Assembly: GCA_013239625.1 (NCBI GenBank)
Contig: MU053881.1
Coordinates: forward strand, 14,934,373 to 14,998,372
Length of the DNA stretch: 64,000 nt
Direction of reading: 5' to 3'
Origin: Lama guanicoe
Taxonomy: Eukaryota
Part shown: in pieces, positions 20,180 through 31,600 of the stretch
Layout: each line of letters opens with the position of its first letter
Position numbering within the stretch: the first letter of the stretch is position 1
Program-made: the position numbers and the translations under genes
The notes under the pieces: generated by a model
Database searches by the model: none
What the model was told of the DNA's origin: nothing
What the model saw: the letters and a program-made list of their open reading frames with translations, nothing else

Positions 20180-23100
20180 AGACGAAAACATTGGATTTTT
20201 ATTACGTTTCATTACAAAGGATGCAAAGGTACAAAGACGATAGCGTCCACACCAGAGAGGATGGGCAGGGGCTGGCCAAGTGCGCCCTGAGCGCCCGCCC
20301 CTGCCCACCGTGGGCACCCACACGTGCGGCCCACGGGACATCTACAGCACAATGTACATGCTGGGGGGTGTGGGGGGCAGAGCCAGCCTGGGGAAGAGGG
20401 ACACAGGTGGGGCAGCGCTTGGACTGGCAAGTTTGCATATATCAGTGGTACCACCCAGCCCCTGGGAGGGGGCAGTTTCCTACAGAGGGGCATGGCAGGG
20501 CCAGTGGGCCTTGGCTGCCAAAGCCCTCCCTCCTGGGGTCTGGTGGCAAGTGCTACAGCTGTGTCCCCTTTTCCCCAGTGGGCAGGAGGTCAGAAGTGAC
20601 AGATCAGGCATCAACTGCCCCTGAATTCCACAACCCTGCAAGATAGGGGCAACCCACGTGTCACTAGCTCCTTGGGATGGGGTTTTGGGTGCTGGCAGGA
20701 GGGAGGAAGATGGAAGGAGCTGTCTGGAACCAGCATCACCCTGATGTCCAGCCCCTGCTCCCCATCCTGCCTGGGATAAGCCTGGGGCCCTAAGATCTAT
20801 GGGCCTTAGCTAGTGACACGCAGGAACAGAGGTCACAAGCCTCTTGTCTGCCCCCCGGTGCCTTCAGAAGTACCCCATTGCCCAGGCCTGGTGGTGCAGG
20901 TCACCCCATCTCTGCTGGGGGAGAACTCATCTGTGCCCAGTCACCTGTGACACATCAAAGGTTATGAGAGGTGCCTGAGCCCCATGCAGCCAGGACCTCC
21001 AAAGACTGAGGGAAACCAGAAACAGAGTTGGCTCAGGCCAACCTGGCCAGGCAAGGCCTGACAAAGGAATGTCCCAGGGACCCCCATCACACACTGTGAA
21101 ACCCCCCAGAGGATGGGGGCCCAGGTTCCACAGAGAACGCGGGCAGAAACAGACCTGGCTGCCCACTCACCCCAGGCAGGCCTCCAGGGGTAGGTGAGGC
21201 TCCTCCCCCAGCTCTTCAGGCAAGTGCTCAGGTGGCCACAGCTCCCTCACCTGGAGCATCACTTGCAGGGGCGGTGGGCCAGGCCCAGGGGTGCCAGGTA
21301 CTTGACCTTGCACCCTTGTGCCCAACCCTGTGCCAAGGGCACCCTGAGGCCTCTGACTATGGTTCCATCAGAACCCAGTGAGGGTGATGGGTGCTGTTGC
21401 TCTGTCAGGGCCGGGGGGCAGGGGAGGTGGAGGGTCTCCACCACCAGGCCTCACCACACCCAGCCTGTACCCCAGGGTGGGGATGCCTTCTTTGGAAATG
21501 CAGAAATCTCAGAATCCACTTAGGGGCAGGAGTCTGGCAGGATGTTTGGTTATGAACTAGCTCAGGGTTGGCCGAAACGTGGAGGCCTGAGGAGGGGCGC
21601 ACCATCCCAAGTGTCCTCAGCCCCCTGGAGGCCTCTAGGTCAACAGAGCCCCCCTGGGGGGCAGGTGATCATGAGGGCTCATCAGGCCCAGGATGCTGGA
21701 GGAGGGTTGCCCCTGCTGCCTGAGCCCTGCCCAGGCCCCCACAGGCCCTGTACCTATTCCTGTCCCACCTGGCCACAGCCAGCACCTGGCACACAGCCCC
21801 CAAACCAGACACCCACCCTGGTGGGACAGATAAATGACATGAGGCCTCTTGTCCTCCATGCAGGGGTCTCACTAGCACTTGACAGATGGACATAGAGCTG
21901 TCCTCACCTGCCCCACTGTGACACATGGGCCTTGTGACAGGGCCCACTTGGCTAGACATCCTCCTGGGAGGTTGGCCGCCTGAAGAAATCAGGCCAAACA
22001 AACCTACAACATCAGAACCCTCCTGCCCAGCCCCAAACCCCCACAAGCAGATGACAGCAGGCAGACCATAAAGGCTAAGTGTCCGAGGCAGGGCTCCCAC
22101 CCCCAGTGCACACCTGTCGGGCAGCCAAGTGGCCCTGAGGCCAGTAGGGAGGCTGGAGGTTAGTGTGGAGCATCACTGGGAAGAGGGTCACACACACACC
22201 CCTGTCCTGGCCTGGCCTGGAAGGCCTGATCCCGAGGAGCTCTGTGGACCACAGTGTGGGGAGTGGGGTGGGACCCAGTACAACTGGGGTACCTTCTGCT
22301 GTGTGCTCGTCCCCACAAGAGAGCCTGGCCAATTTTTGGATACTGCTGGTTGTGGATCCCCAAATTTTGCTGAAGGGTTGACCTGCCCTGAGCCTCTCAC
22401 TGAAGGCCTCAGGGTCCCCTGCCCCAAGGGACTGGCACCATCTTGCCCAGAAGAGTGTCAGGGGAAGCAAGGTGTGCAAGGACAGCAAAGAGGGGCTGCA
22501 GGGTACCCCAAATAGTGCTGTCTTCCCTCTCGTTAGGGTGGGGGTGGAGGTCCACACAGGGACCTGGGACAGGGATCCCAAGACTCTTCCTTCTCCCCCA
22601 GGTCTGGGCACTGGAGGGGGTGATGCTGATGGGTGGGGGACAGGGGCATAAACTCTTCTCCAGAGGACACAGAGAGAGGCTGACCCCGGCACTCATCCTC
22701 AGCCCACGAGCCTCATGGGGGAACCGACTCACCACCCAGAGGGCTCAGGGGACAGAGGGTAAACCGAGGCAGGTGGGGACACACTGGTTGGCTCATACTC
22801 CCGGAGGAAAGATTTACACAGCTGAGGGGCCTTGGCCAAAGCGAGCAAGGACGCAGGCAACGGGTCTATATACACTACGCAGGGGCCCCGGCTCAGCCCT
22901 CGGCCCTCACGGCGCAGCCTGCCTGAAATCACAGTATTTTCATATCACAAGTCAAAGGGCTGATTCCCTTAAGCTGTCTTGTTTCTAAAAGTCTTGGCAA
23001 TTTAAGAGTATTTAGTAGAGAAGTGACATTTAAGAAGAAAACCCAAATCCCCTGTTGTAGACCCCCAGAGGCCTGCCCAGACCCAGGAGGGGGTGGTGAA

Positions 23101-25419
23101 CACTTTGAGGACGTCTGGCTGTGGGCTCCTGGTTGGAACTCCTTCCCAGGGAAATCTCTGCACCTATGCCTCTCGTGGGCCAAGTTAATGCAAGGTCACC
23201 TGTGCTCCTGGCCGAGGGATGCTAGAAATTGGCCATGGGGCTCTCCTGCCCGTCTGCACCAAGAACACAGGGCCAGGCAGACCGAAGTATGGGCTGATGG
23301 GGCTCCCTCAAGGGGTCCCCAACGCCTTGTTTGAAAATTGCATCCAGGAAGGTTGCTTGTAATTTTATTAAGGCCATTTTTTTTAAAGTTCTACATACAA
23401 TTCTAATGGTAATCAAATCCTTCTATGTACACGTAGTTTTTCTGTAAAAAAAACCAAAACAAAACAAAACAACCCCCCCCCAAACCCAGTCCTCATTCTT
23501 TGCCCCCAGCCCCTGCCATGGAAAGAGGACAGGCCTTGATCTGGATGGACTGACACTGCATCCCTCAGCCCAGATGACAGTGGCGGAGGCCAAGTGACCA
23601 AGGAGGGGGCCCTTCTCATGTGTGGCTGCCCAGCCACTTGGCCACGTGCTAACAGCCTGGCTGGGAAACGGAGGGAGGGTGGTCGCGAGGATCAAATCTG
23701 GCTCCCACAGAGGTGGGTGCTCCCAAGACCCCAGCGGAAGCAGAAACGCACCAGGCAGGAGGAGACAGCAGGCCACCAGGCAGGTGGAGGAGAGAGTAAT
23801 AATTCGAGATATGATGTCGGAGGGAATGAAACAGAGGTTCCTGTTCCAAAGCAACCGACAGAAAACAAAGCCAGCCCTGCCGCCCACTCACAGGGCCTGT
23901 ACGGCAGAGGGACGGCCTCCGGTGTGCCAGTGAACCCCGAAGGATGGTCCACCTCAGCCTCCTGAGGCACTTTGAGAAGCACCTGGAAACCAGCCAATAA
24001 AATACATACTGTTCTCTGCCTCCAAACCCAGCCCTGACAGGAGGAGCTATGAAAGGGATGGTGGAGGGGATGAGGGTCAGCTGGTTCTCGGGGTGGGGGT
24101 GGTAAAGACAGTCTCACCTCTAGGGCATCTTAGGGCAGACAGGCTGCAGCTGCTGCCAGCCACGGGGTCTGGGATGGGCCCACCCTGAGGACCAGCTGGC
24201 CCCTTCAGGAGGGTCAGGTGGAGCTGGGTCTTTGTGAGACCCTTAATGAAAGCCCTGGCTCCTTTCCAGGAGTCTGTCACATGAGCAGAGCGGAGGTAGC
24301 TCTGGCCGCTGCTGCGAGCTTCCCCGGAGAGCCCGCCAGCCCAGCCTGGCCCTAGCCAGCCCAAGCCATCCTCACCATCCTGCCGTTTTGAGACAACAGG
24401 GCAAAACTAAAAAGGCTGGAGATGCAGCTCAGACCCGGGCAGGTGGCAAACTGCTTCCAGTTAGCTTACAAATATACAGAATGTGGGATTTCTAGAATAA
24501 AAACATGCTCTCAGGCAAGTGTTGTCAGGGAGTCAGTTACTCATCTACAACCAAAATGTAAATACAAACCAAAAGAAATAAACAACCCCCCCCCGAAAAA
24601 ACACAACGAAAATGCCCTGGCCGCCCCGTCCCTACCCCATTCTTTAAATAATAGTAACAGTGACTACAGCACAGAGAAAGAAAGATGGAAACAAGTTGTG
24701 AAACTCCCCAGAAATAATCCCTGCCTCCCCGTGCATCCCAAGCAGGCCTGTTCGTCCTGGGCAGGGGGGTTTCACAGCGAAGGTGGCCACAGAGGGGCCT
24801 GGGCTTCCCACTGGGCCCCAGGGAGATTTAGCTGCTTTGCATGCTCTGTTCACATGTTTGCATCCCACCTCCATGGGATGGATTCTAGCATTCTGCGTGT
24901 GCTCAGAAATATAAAAGACAGCAGTCCAAATAGTGTTTATTTCACTTCCTGTCCACCCCCCACCCTCTGGCGCCTTCTCCTTTTGGAAGGGTGGGGCTGG
25001 CTTGCTACCTAACCACGGGCTGGGGGTGCCGGCGGGTGGGGGGACCAGGGACAAAGGAAGGCAGTGAGAGCTGGACAACAGTTGGAAGATGCACCTCAGC
25101 CCACCGCCATCACAGAGCACAGCGCCCTCCCAAGGCCGGCGGCCCTGCCCAGCACTTTCCGCATCTTACAGGGGGACGAGAGAGCAGGGAGGGTCCGCGG
25201 GGGCGACGCGCGACCTCACGTGGGAGAGGGGTGACGGGGGTGGGGCGGCGGGCGGGGGCGCTTGGCGGCATTGCAAGCTTAGAATCACAAGCTCGGCCGT
25301 TTGCGAGGGACGGAGCGCCGCCGTCCCTGGGCTCAGGGAGGTGCCGTCGGGACCACTGACCGGTGGGGTGACGGAACCAGGGGCTGGGCGGCGGTGTGGC
25401 AGTGTGCCAGGCGTGCCGC
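20180..25419 (-). other. CRTC1: CRTC1 long 3'UTR (about 5.2 kb)
   Basis: No recognisable repeats between the stop and AATAAA at 20203-20198; AU-rich blocks near 22930-23050, 23340-23470 and 24460-24720. Confidence 0.7.
20198..20203 (-). terminator. CRTC1: CRTC1 distal polyadenylation signal
   Basis: AATAAA on the minus strand followed by U/pyrimidine-rich downstream sequence. Confidence 0.7.
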
Positions 25420-25665
25420 TCACAGACGATCCATCCGGAAGGTATCCTCAGTGGCCGGGTCGGCCAGGACCATGTCTGGGTCATTGAGCATGTGCAGTCC
25501 GTCCAAGGTCAGGGGGTCAATCTTGAGTTCATCCAGGGGGAACTGGTTGTCAGAGTCGAAGCTGACATCACCGACCCCGGCAAGCGTGCTGGTCAGTTCT
25601 TTAGAGAGGCAGGGAGGGGCCTCTCCTGTCATCTTTAGAGAGGCTGGGAGGGGACTCTCCTGTCA
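25420..25665 (-). CDS. CRTC1: CRTC1 terminal exon coding part (transactivation domain), with 34-bp duplicated 5' end
   Basis: ccccag| [11 protein letters not shown]..., then [62 protein letters not shown]; the functional acceptor is uncertain. Confidence 0.9.
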
Positions 25666-28600
25666 CTGGGGGGGGGGGTGGGCAGGGGTACAGAGGAAAG
25701 GCTCAGCTCAGCCCTGGCTCTCCGCACCCACACTCTGTGCCTCAACAGCCCCCGTCAATGCTCAGGCCACATCAGGGGTGCTCACCTGAGTGGTCTGTCC
25801 CCCAGGGGACATTTGCAATGTCCAGGGACAGCTGCTGTCACAACTGGAGAGAATGCTACTGGCATCGGGTAGGTGGAGGCCAGGGATGCTGTTCAATACC
25901 CCACAGTACATGGGATTACCCCAACCCAGATGTCAGGGCGCCAAGACCAGGAAGCCCTGGGATAACGGCTGCAACACAAACTTCAGTGTGACCTGGTGGG
26001 AGCAGGGGTCTCTCCCACTTGGCCAGGTTCTACCAGGTGGTCTGCTCTGTGTGCATCAGGAGCCTTCCTGTGGGTTGGAGGGAAGCCTGGGTTTCCCGAT
26101 GGAGACTCAGGTTCAAACCTGGGCTCCCTCCTCTACTTGTGGTGGGACTCTGGGCCTCAGTTTCCCAATCTGGGAAATGGATGTGAAAGTTCTGGTCTTT
26201 CTGGGCTGTTGGACAATCATAGGTCCTGATCCTTATCACACAACCTCCACCACTAAGGCCTCCACTCCCAGAGCATTAACTGCAGACCCCTGGGGCAGGG
26301 AGAAAACACCAGGTCTGCACTGGGAGTCCAGGCCATGCAGGGGCTCTGGACAAGGACCCCTCCATCCTAGAGATGTCAGTGGGGACTTCTGGGAGGGTCT
26401 CACCCTCAATCCCATGACAGCCCTGGCTTATAAATAAGGAAACTGCTTCCTTCTTTGATAAAACCCAGAACCTTCAGGGGCATGATGAAGGGTGGGGGAA
26501 GGGGGACTGAAGGGTCTGAGCTCTGCTGGCCAGAGTGAAGACTTCCTCACACGTGCATGTGCATGTCTGGGTGCCTGGGCACTGTGCTCAGGCCATTCGG
26601 GGATGCCTGACACAGCATGTGGGAGCTGTTACACGTCTGCTGGCTGCACAGGAAAAGCCCCACTAGGCAGTGCCCACCCCATTGTCACTTGAGTCCCCAG
26701 CACACTCAACTAATGGGGTTTAGGGGTCTGAGCAATGGAAGAGGGGATAGGTGAGCGACTGGCTCTATCCTGTGCTCACTCTGAGCCTGGGATACTGGAC
26801 ATTTGGTCCAGGACCCAATGTGTGTTCCCCCCAAGCCTGTCCCATATGCCCAGCAGTGAGTCAAGGTTGTTGTCAAGAGGTGTTCTGGTCTCCCTGGGTC
26901 TGCACCAATGCCTCAGCCCTGTCACACCTCACCCTGCGGGGTGGGGACTCCATTTCCCCCAGGGCTGTGGCCTCTCACAGCAGCCTGGTCCCAGCCTTGG
27001 ACCATGGGACCAAAACCCTCACCCAAGACACCGGCATGGGTGGCCTCACCTGTGAGGATGATGTTGGGGATGCTGCTGTGGCTGGGGTAGCCGAGCTGCT
27101 GTGAGTCAGGCAGGCTCCCGTGGCTGCCTGTGAGGCCCATCATGGCGGCCTGTGAGTAGTTGAGCGTTGAGCCCGGGCTGTACAGGCTGCTGGAGCTGAT
27201 AGCGTTCTCCATCATGTTGAACTGCTCCAGCTGGGAGAGGAAGCACACAGGCATGAGGCCAGCCCCATGGAGCTGGCCATCCTGGGGCCCTGGCTGCTGC
27301 TGGCCAGCAGGCTGGCCTGCAGCCACTGGCACCCCCTCCCCTGTAAGACACCTAGTATCCATGCTAAGGTACACCTGGGGCTGCCAAGCATGAGTCTCTC
27401 CACCTTGGGGTCTCCCTGTCTCTGAACCTGCTCGAGTCTGCCAGCACACAGCCCCTTCAGGGCTTGCTGGATGGATGGATGGATGGATGGATGGATGAGC
27501 AAGTGAGTTACCAGCTCCAGGCAGCAGCCAACCCCTCCCATGCCCACACGCCCCCAACCCCAGCCTCCACACAAAGCCAGTGCAACCTCCCGGCAAACCC
27601 ACGTGCAGGGCCCCCATCAAGGCACCAATGTAAGAGCCACCACGCATCCCTGCCAGCGTTCACCACTCGCCCTTCCGCCCCCTCTGAGGGCAGCCTCGTT
27701 CTGCGGGCAGGGTGCAGACGCCAGGGGAGGCAAAGCCAAGCCACCCACTCCAGGGCCTGGGCCTCTGCAGCATGGAGACAGGAGAGGGCTGAGAAGTTCA
27801 CACCCGAGGAGTGGGTGGGGTCTGGCGAGCGTCTGCGGTGGGCGCCCGCTCACCTGGTGGGACAGAGCATTGGCCTGCCTGGCCGCCATCTGCTGCTCAA
27901 AGTATGAGTCCCCAAACACGCCGCCCAGGGTGGAGGAGTGCTGCAGACAGAAGAGAGGCCCGCTGTCGTCAGGATCCCCAAATCAGGCAGGGGGTGAGGC
28001 TACTGTGGGGTAAAGGGTGGGGGATGCCCCCATGGGCTGGCTGCACCCACACCCCTCTCCCGAGACCTCACCAGCTGGCCTGGGCTGGGAGACGAGGGAG
28101 GCCTCTGGAACTTCCTGGAGAATACTCAGGATGCAGGAGGCTGACAACGTCTATCTCAGGGCTCCTGGTAGAGCTCACACCCGCTGGGACGGACAGATGC
28201 ACCCTTAATCTTGGGATGACTGCTCTCGGGGGGCCTCTGTACCCCAACTTCCCCAAAAGTGCCATCCCATCTCCTCTCCTTGAGGCCCAGGTTGGGGTGA
28301 GCCCATTTTTGTCAGATGGGAGATGGGGGGACACATGATGGGGAACCCCACCTGGCAGGCCCTGGAGGAAAGTTCCTGGGGCAAGGTGGGAGGTACTCTG
28401 GATGTTCAGAATGGGATGTGCACGTGGTGACCCTTGTCAGATGTGGGGGACACGAGAGGGAGGCCACACACACGTGGGCAGGAAGGGTGCACAGAGTGAG
28501 CACGGGACAGGCACAAGGAAGCCCCTGCCCACCTGTCCACTCGTGGCTGCCTGTCTGCCTGTCTGCCTGTGAGGCCCCAGGGCCAGTCCTGCTTGTGCAA

Positions 28601-31600
28601 CATCAGATGCAGCAGAGGGATGGGGGCTCCCCTGGGAAAGGAGCAGGGGGCTGGGGATCATCAGAGGCAGCAGAGATGCCAGAAAGAGGAGCGCTGAGCC
28701 CCTGTCCATCCCTGAGATGCTGCCAGGGAGATGGCAGGACAGGGTCTGGTGGGTTGTGGAAGAAAGGAGAGGGAGGGCCATGGCATCCCCGAGGCTGGGT
28801 GCTCTGGCCTTTTTCCTCTTCTGCATGATGCATGTGCTCGGCCTGCATCCAGACCACCAGCCCTGGACCTCCTCCCTTTGAGCTCCCTGTTCTAGAAAGG
28901 TGCTCCCATTCCCTGACAACTCCCAAAGCTTGAGTCTCAGGCCTACATACCAGAGAGGGGCTGGACACAAACCCACCTACCACTCTGGATGATCAGTGGA
29001 CAGACAGCCACCCTGGCAGGTGGGGTGGCTCCTGGGGATGGACGTTCCATTCAAACACAGGAATGAGTTAAAAATGTGAAAGGAGTAAAGGGGTGGAAAA
29101 GACAATGTGGCAAAAATGCCACATTTGCCATAAAAATCGCCAGCTTCAGGTTTGGAAAGAGGGGCTGTGAGGTGTTGGGTTTACCCATGAAGGAGGCGGC
29201 AGATGAGGGCCTTGGCTGAGGCTGGGGGCAGGTCGCTCTGGGGCACCTGATCCTGTCCCCTGAGGCCTGGCCCACACAGGAGACACCAAGCTATGCCTCC
29301 TCTTGTGAAGCTGCCAAAAGGGTTTGCCAGAAAGGTCTGCTCAGAAAGGAAGAGGGAAGGCAGCCCACACAACCCAACCCCAGCACCCCTGATTGGGGTC
29401 AGACGGCCTGGCTCCATCCTCACATTTTTCATTTTTGGAAAGGGAGGTAATTAGATTTATTTATTCATTTACTTACTATTTTTTAATGGAGGTACTGGGG
29501 ATTGAACCCAGGATCTTGTGCGTCCTAAGCATGCGCTCTACCACTGAGCTATACCCTTCCCCTCCCCTCACATTTGAGTGAGTGGCCTATCTCCCTTGCA
29601 GGAGCACGATGGATGGACAGACAGATGGACCAACACACAGACATGAGCTTGATGAGATAGCAGCATGCTCTTTGCCCAGCATGAACCGCTTTGGTTCAGA
29701 TGAACCTCTCCTGAGAGAAACTTGCTCTGCCCTTAAATTCCTGTCCTGCCTCACACAGAAGAACGGATGTAACTCAGGAGCCAGCCCCCGACAGGGCAGC
29801 CCACCGGGGGGCAGAACCCACCTGCTGCTTCCCCTGCCTGGACGGGCTTCTCCCACCCTTAAGCATCCCCTGCCACACACACCCCCCCCCGCCGCATCCC
29901 CCTGCACCTCATGAGGAGACCAGACGCCAGGGCTCAGAGCCGACAAGGACAGAGAGCGTGCAGACACCAAGCTGACCCCTGGCCTGCCCTGAGCAACTGC
30001 ACTTTCCCAGCCTTCTACAGAGCGGGAGGCTGCACACCTAATCCCAGCAGGACCCCTGGCTGCCGAGGGTGGGAGATGAGGGAGGGCCCTGGGAGAACCC
30101 CTCCTGTATCAGAGAGTCATGAGAAGAGCCTTGGGTCCTCCTTGATGCCCACTGTCCTGACCCACAGGGCCTGGCTTGGAGTGTACCTCTGAGAGCCTGG
30201 GAGATGGGGACAGCGGGGCATGTCCCGGGACAAGGATCCCCAGGTCCTGCCTGGAGGAACAGCTCCTCTTCCTGCTCTACCCAGGAAGTAACAACATCCC
30301 CTCAGCTGAGAATAAAGCTTCAGGGCCTGGGGCACTGTAGTGGCTCCAAGAGGTTTCTCAGCTTAGTGACACTCTGGGGACAGGGAGGTAGGGTCCTGGG
30401 GAGGCTCCACTGCTACAGTGAGATTTAGGCCCACATGTCAGCTTTGTGGGAACTCTTTCTCCTCTGATGGAAGGTTCCAGGTAGAATGCAGCCATGGGTG
30501 GAGTGGAGCCAAGGGGAATTTTGAGGAACCTGGACTGGGTGTGTGTGTGTTTGTGTCGGAGATCAGAGTCCTGTGGTGCCTGGTATAGAGGGAAAACGTG
30601 AGTCTGACAGATGTGGTCTAGCCCTGCCTGTCACCTGGAGCAAGCCTCAGTCTCCTCATCTGTGAGAAGACCAGGACCGAGAGGCTGCTGTGCCCTCAGA
30701 GAAGCTTCCTCAGCCTGGAGACCGTGAGACACATCCTCTTAAGGGGTGGAGAGGGCTGAGGAGTCGGAGTCCCCACTATAACCTGGCTGTCACCTCAGCT
30801 GCACCCCCAAGCAGGGGGGCACCCCTCCACCTCCAGAAGCCTGGAAGCACGAGGCCTCAGGGTGCACAGGCCGTTTGATGCCAGCTCTGAGCCTCACACC
30901 AGGACGTCCCAGCCTTGGGGTGAGGAGCTGGGGCAGAGGCCACACCAACGTCACTAACGTGAGTGGAGAGCCCACCACCCCCAGCCTGGGCTTTGCACAG
31001 ACCACAGAGGCACGGAGGGAACGGGGGCGCTCCCAGGGAAAGCGCCTTCTCCTTGGCCACTGCCCAAGGTGGCCACCCCTCTCTGGTCCCCACCCCGGTG
31101 GAGTGCAACAAGATGGGATGGAGTGAGACAGGAGCACAGATAGTGGATGGGTGGGCCGGGGGCACGAGCTAGGCTGGAGCCAAGGAGGCGGGGGAGGGGA
31201 TGCGGCGTCCCTTACTTGCGGGGAGCTCCCGGGGGAGAAGCCTTGATTGGAGACGGGCGAGGTGGGAGACTGGTTGGCTGGGGAGCCGGCGCTAGTGCGG
31301 TACTGCTGCAGAGCCGGCGCCTGTGACGACAGACAGGTCAGGACACTTAAGGGGCCCCGCGCCTGGCTGTTCCCTGCCGGGCCCCCTGGCAGAGCCCCCA
31401 CCCCTCAGGTAAGCAGAGTACCCAGGGCACCCACAGGAGGTGCAGGTTCCTGAGCCCAGCAACTCGAGGGGACCTGCCTCCAAACCCAGCTCTGGGAGGG
31501 GTGGGGGCGTGTGGTCACAGAATCGCCCCAGGGGGCTGTGGGAGGGGCGTGGGGGAGGGAGCTGGCCTCTACTCAGCAGGTTTCAGAGCACCCCCATGAA

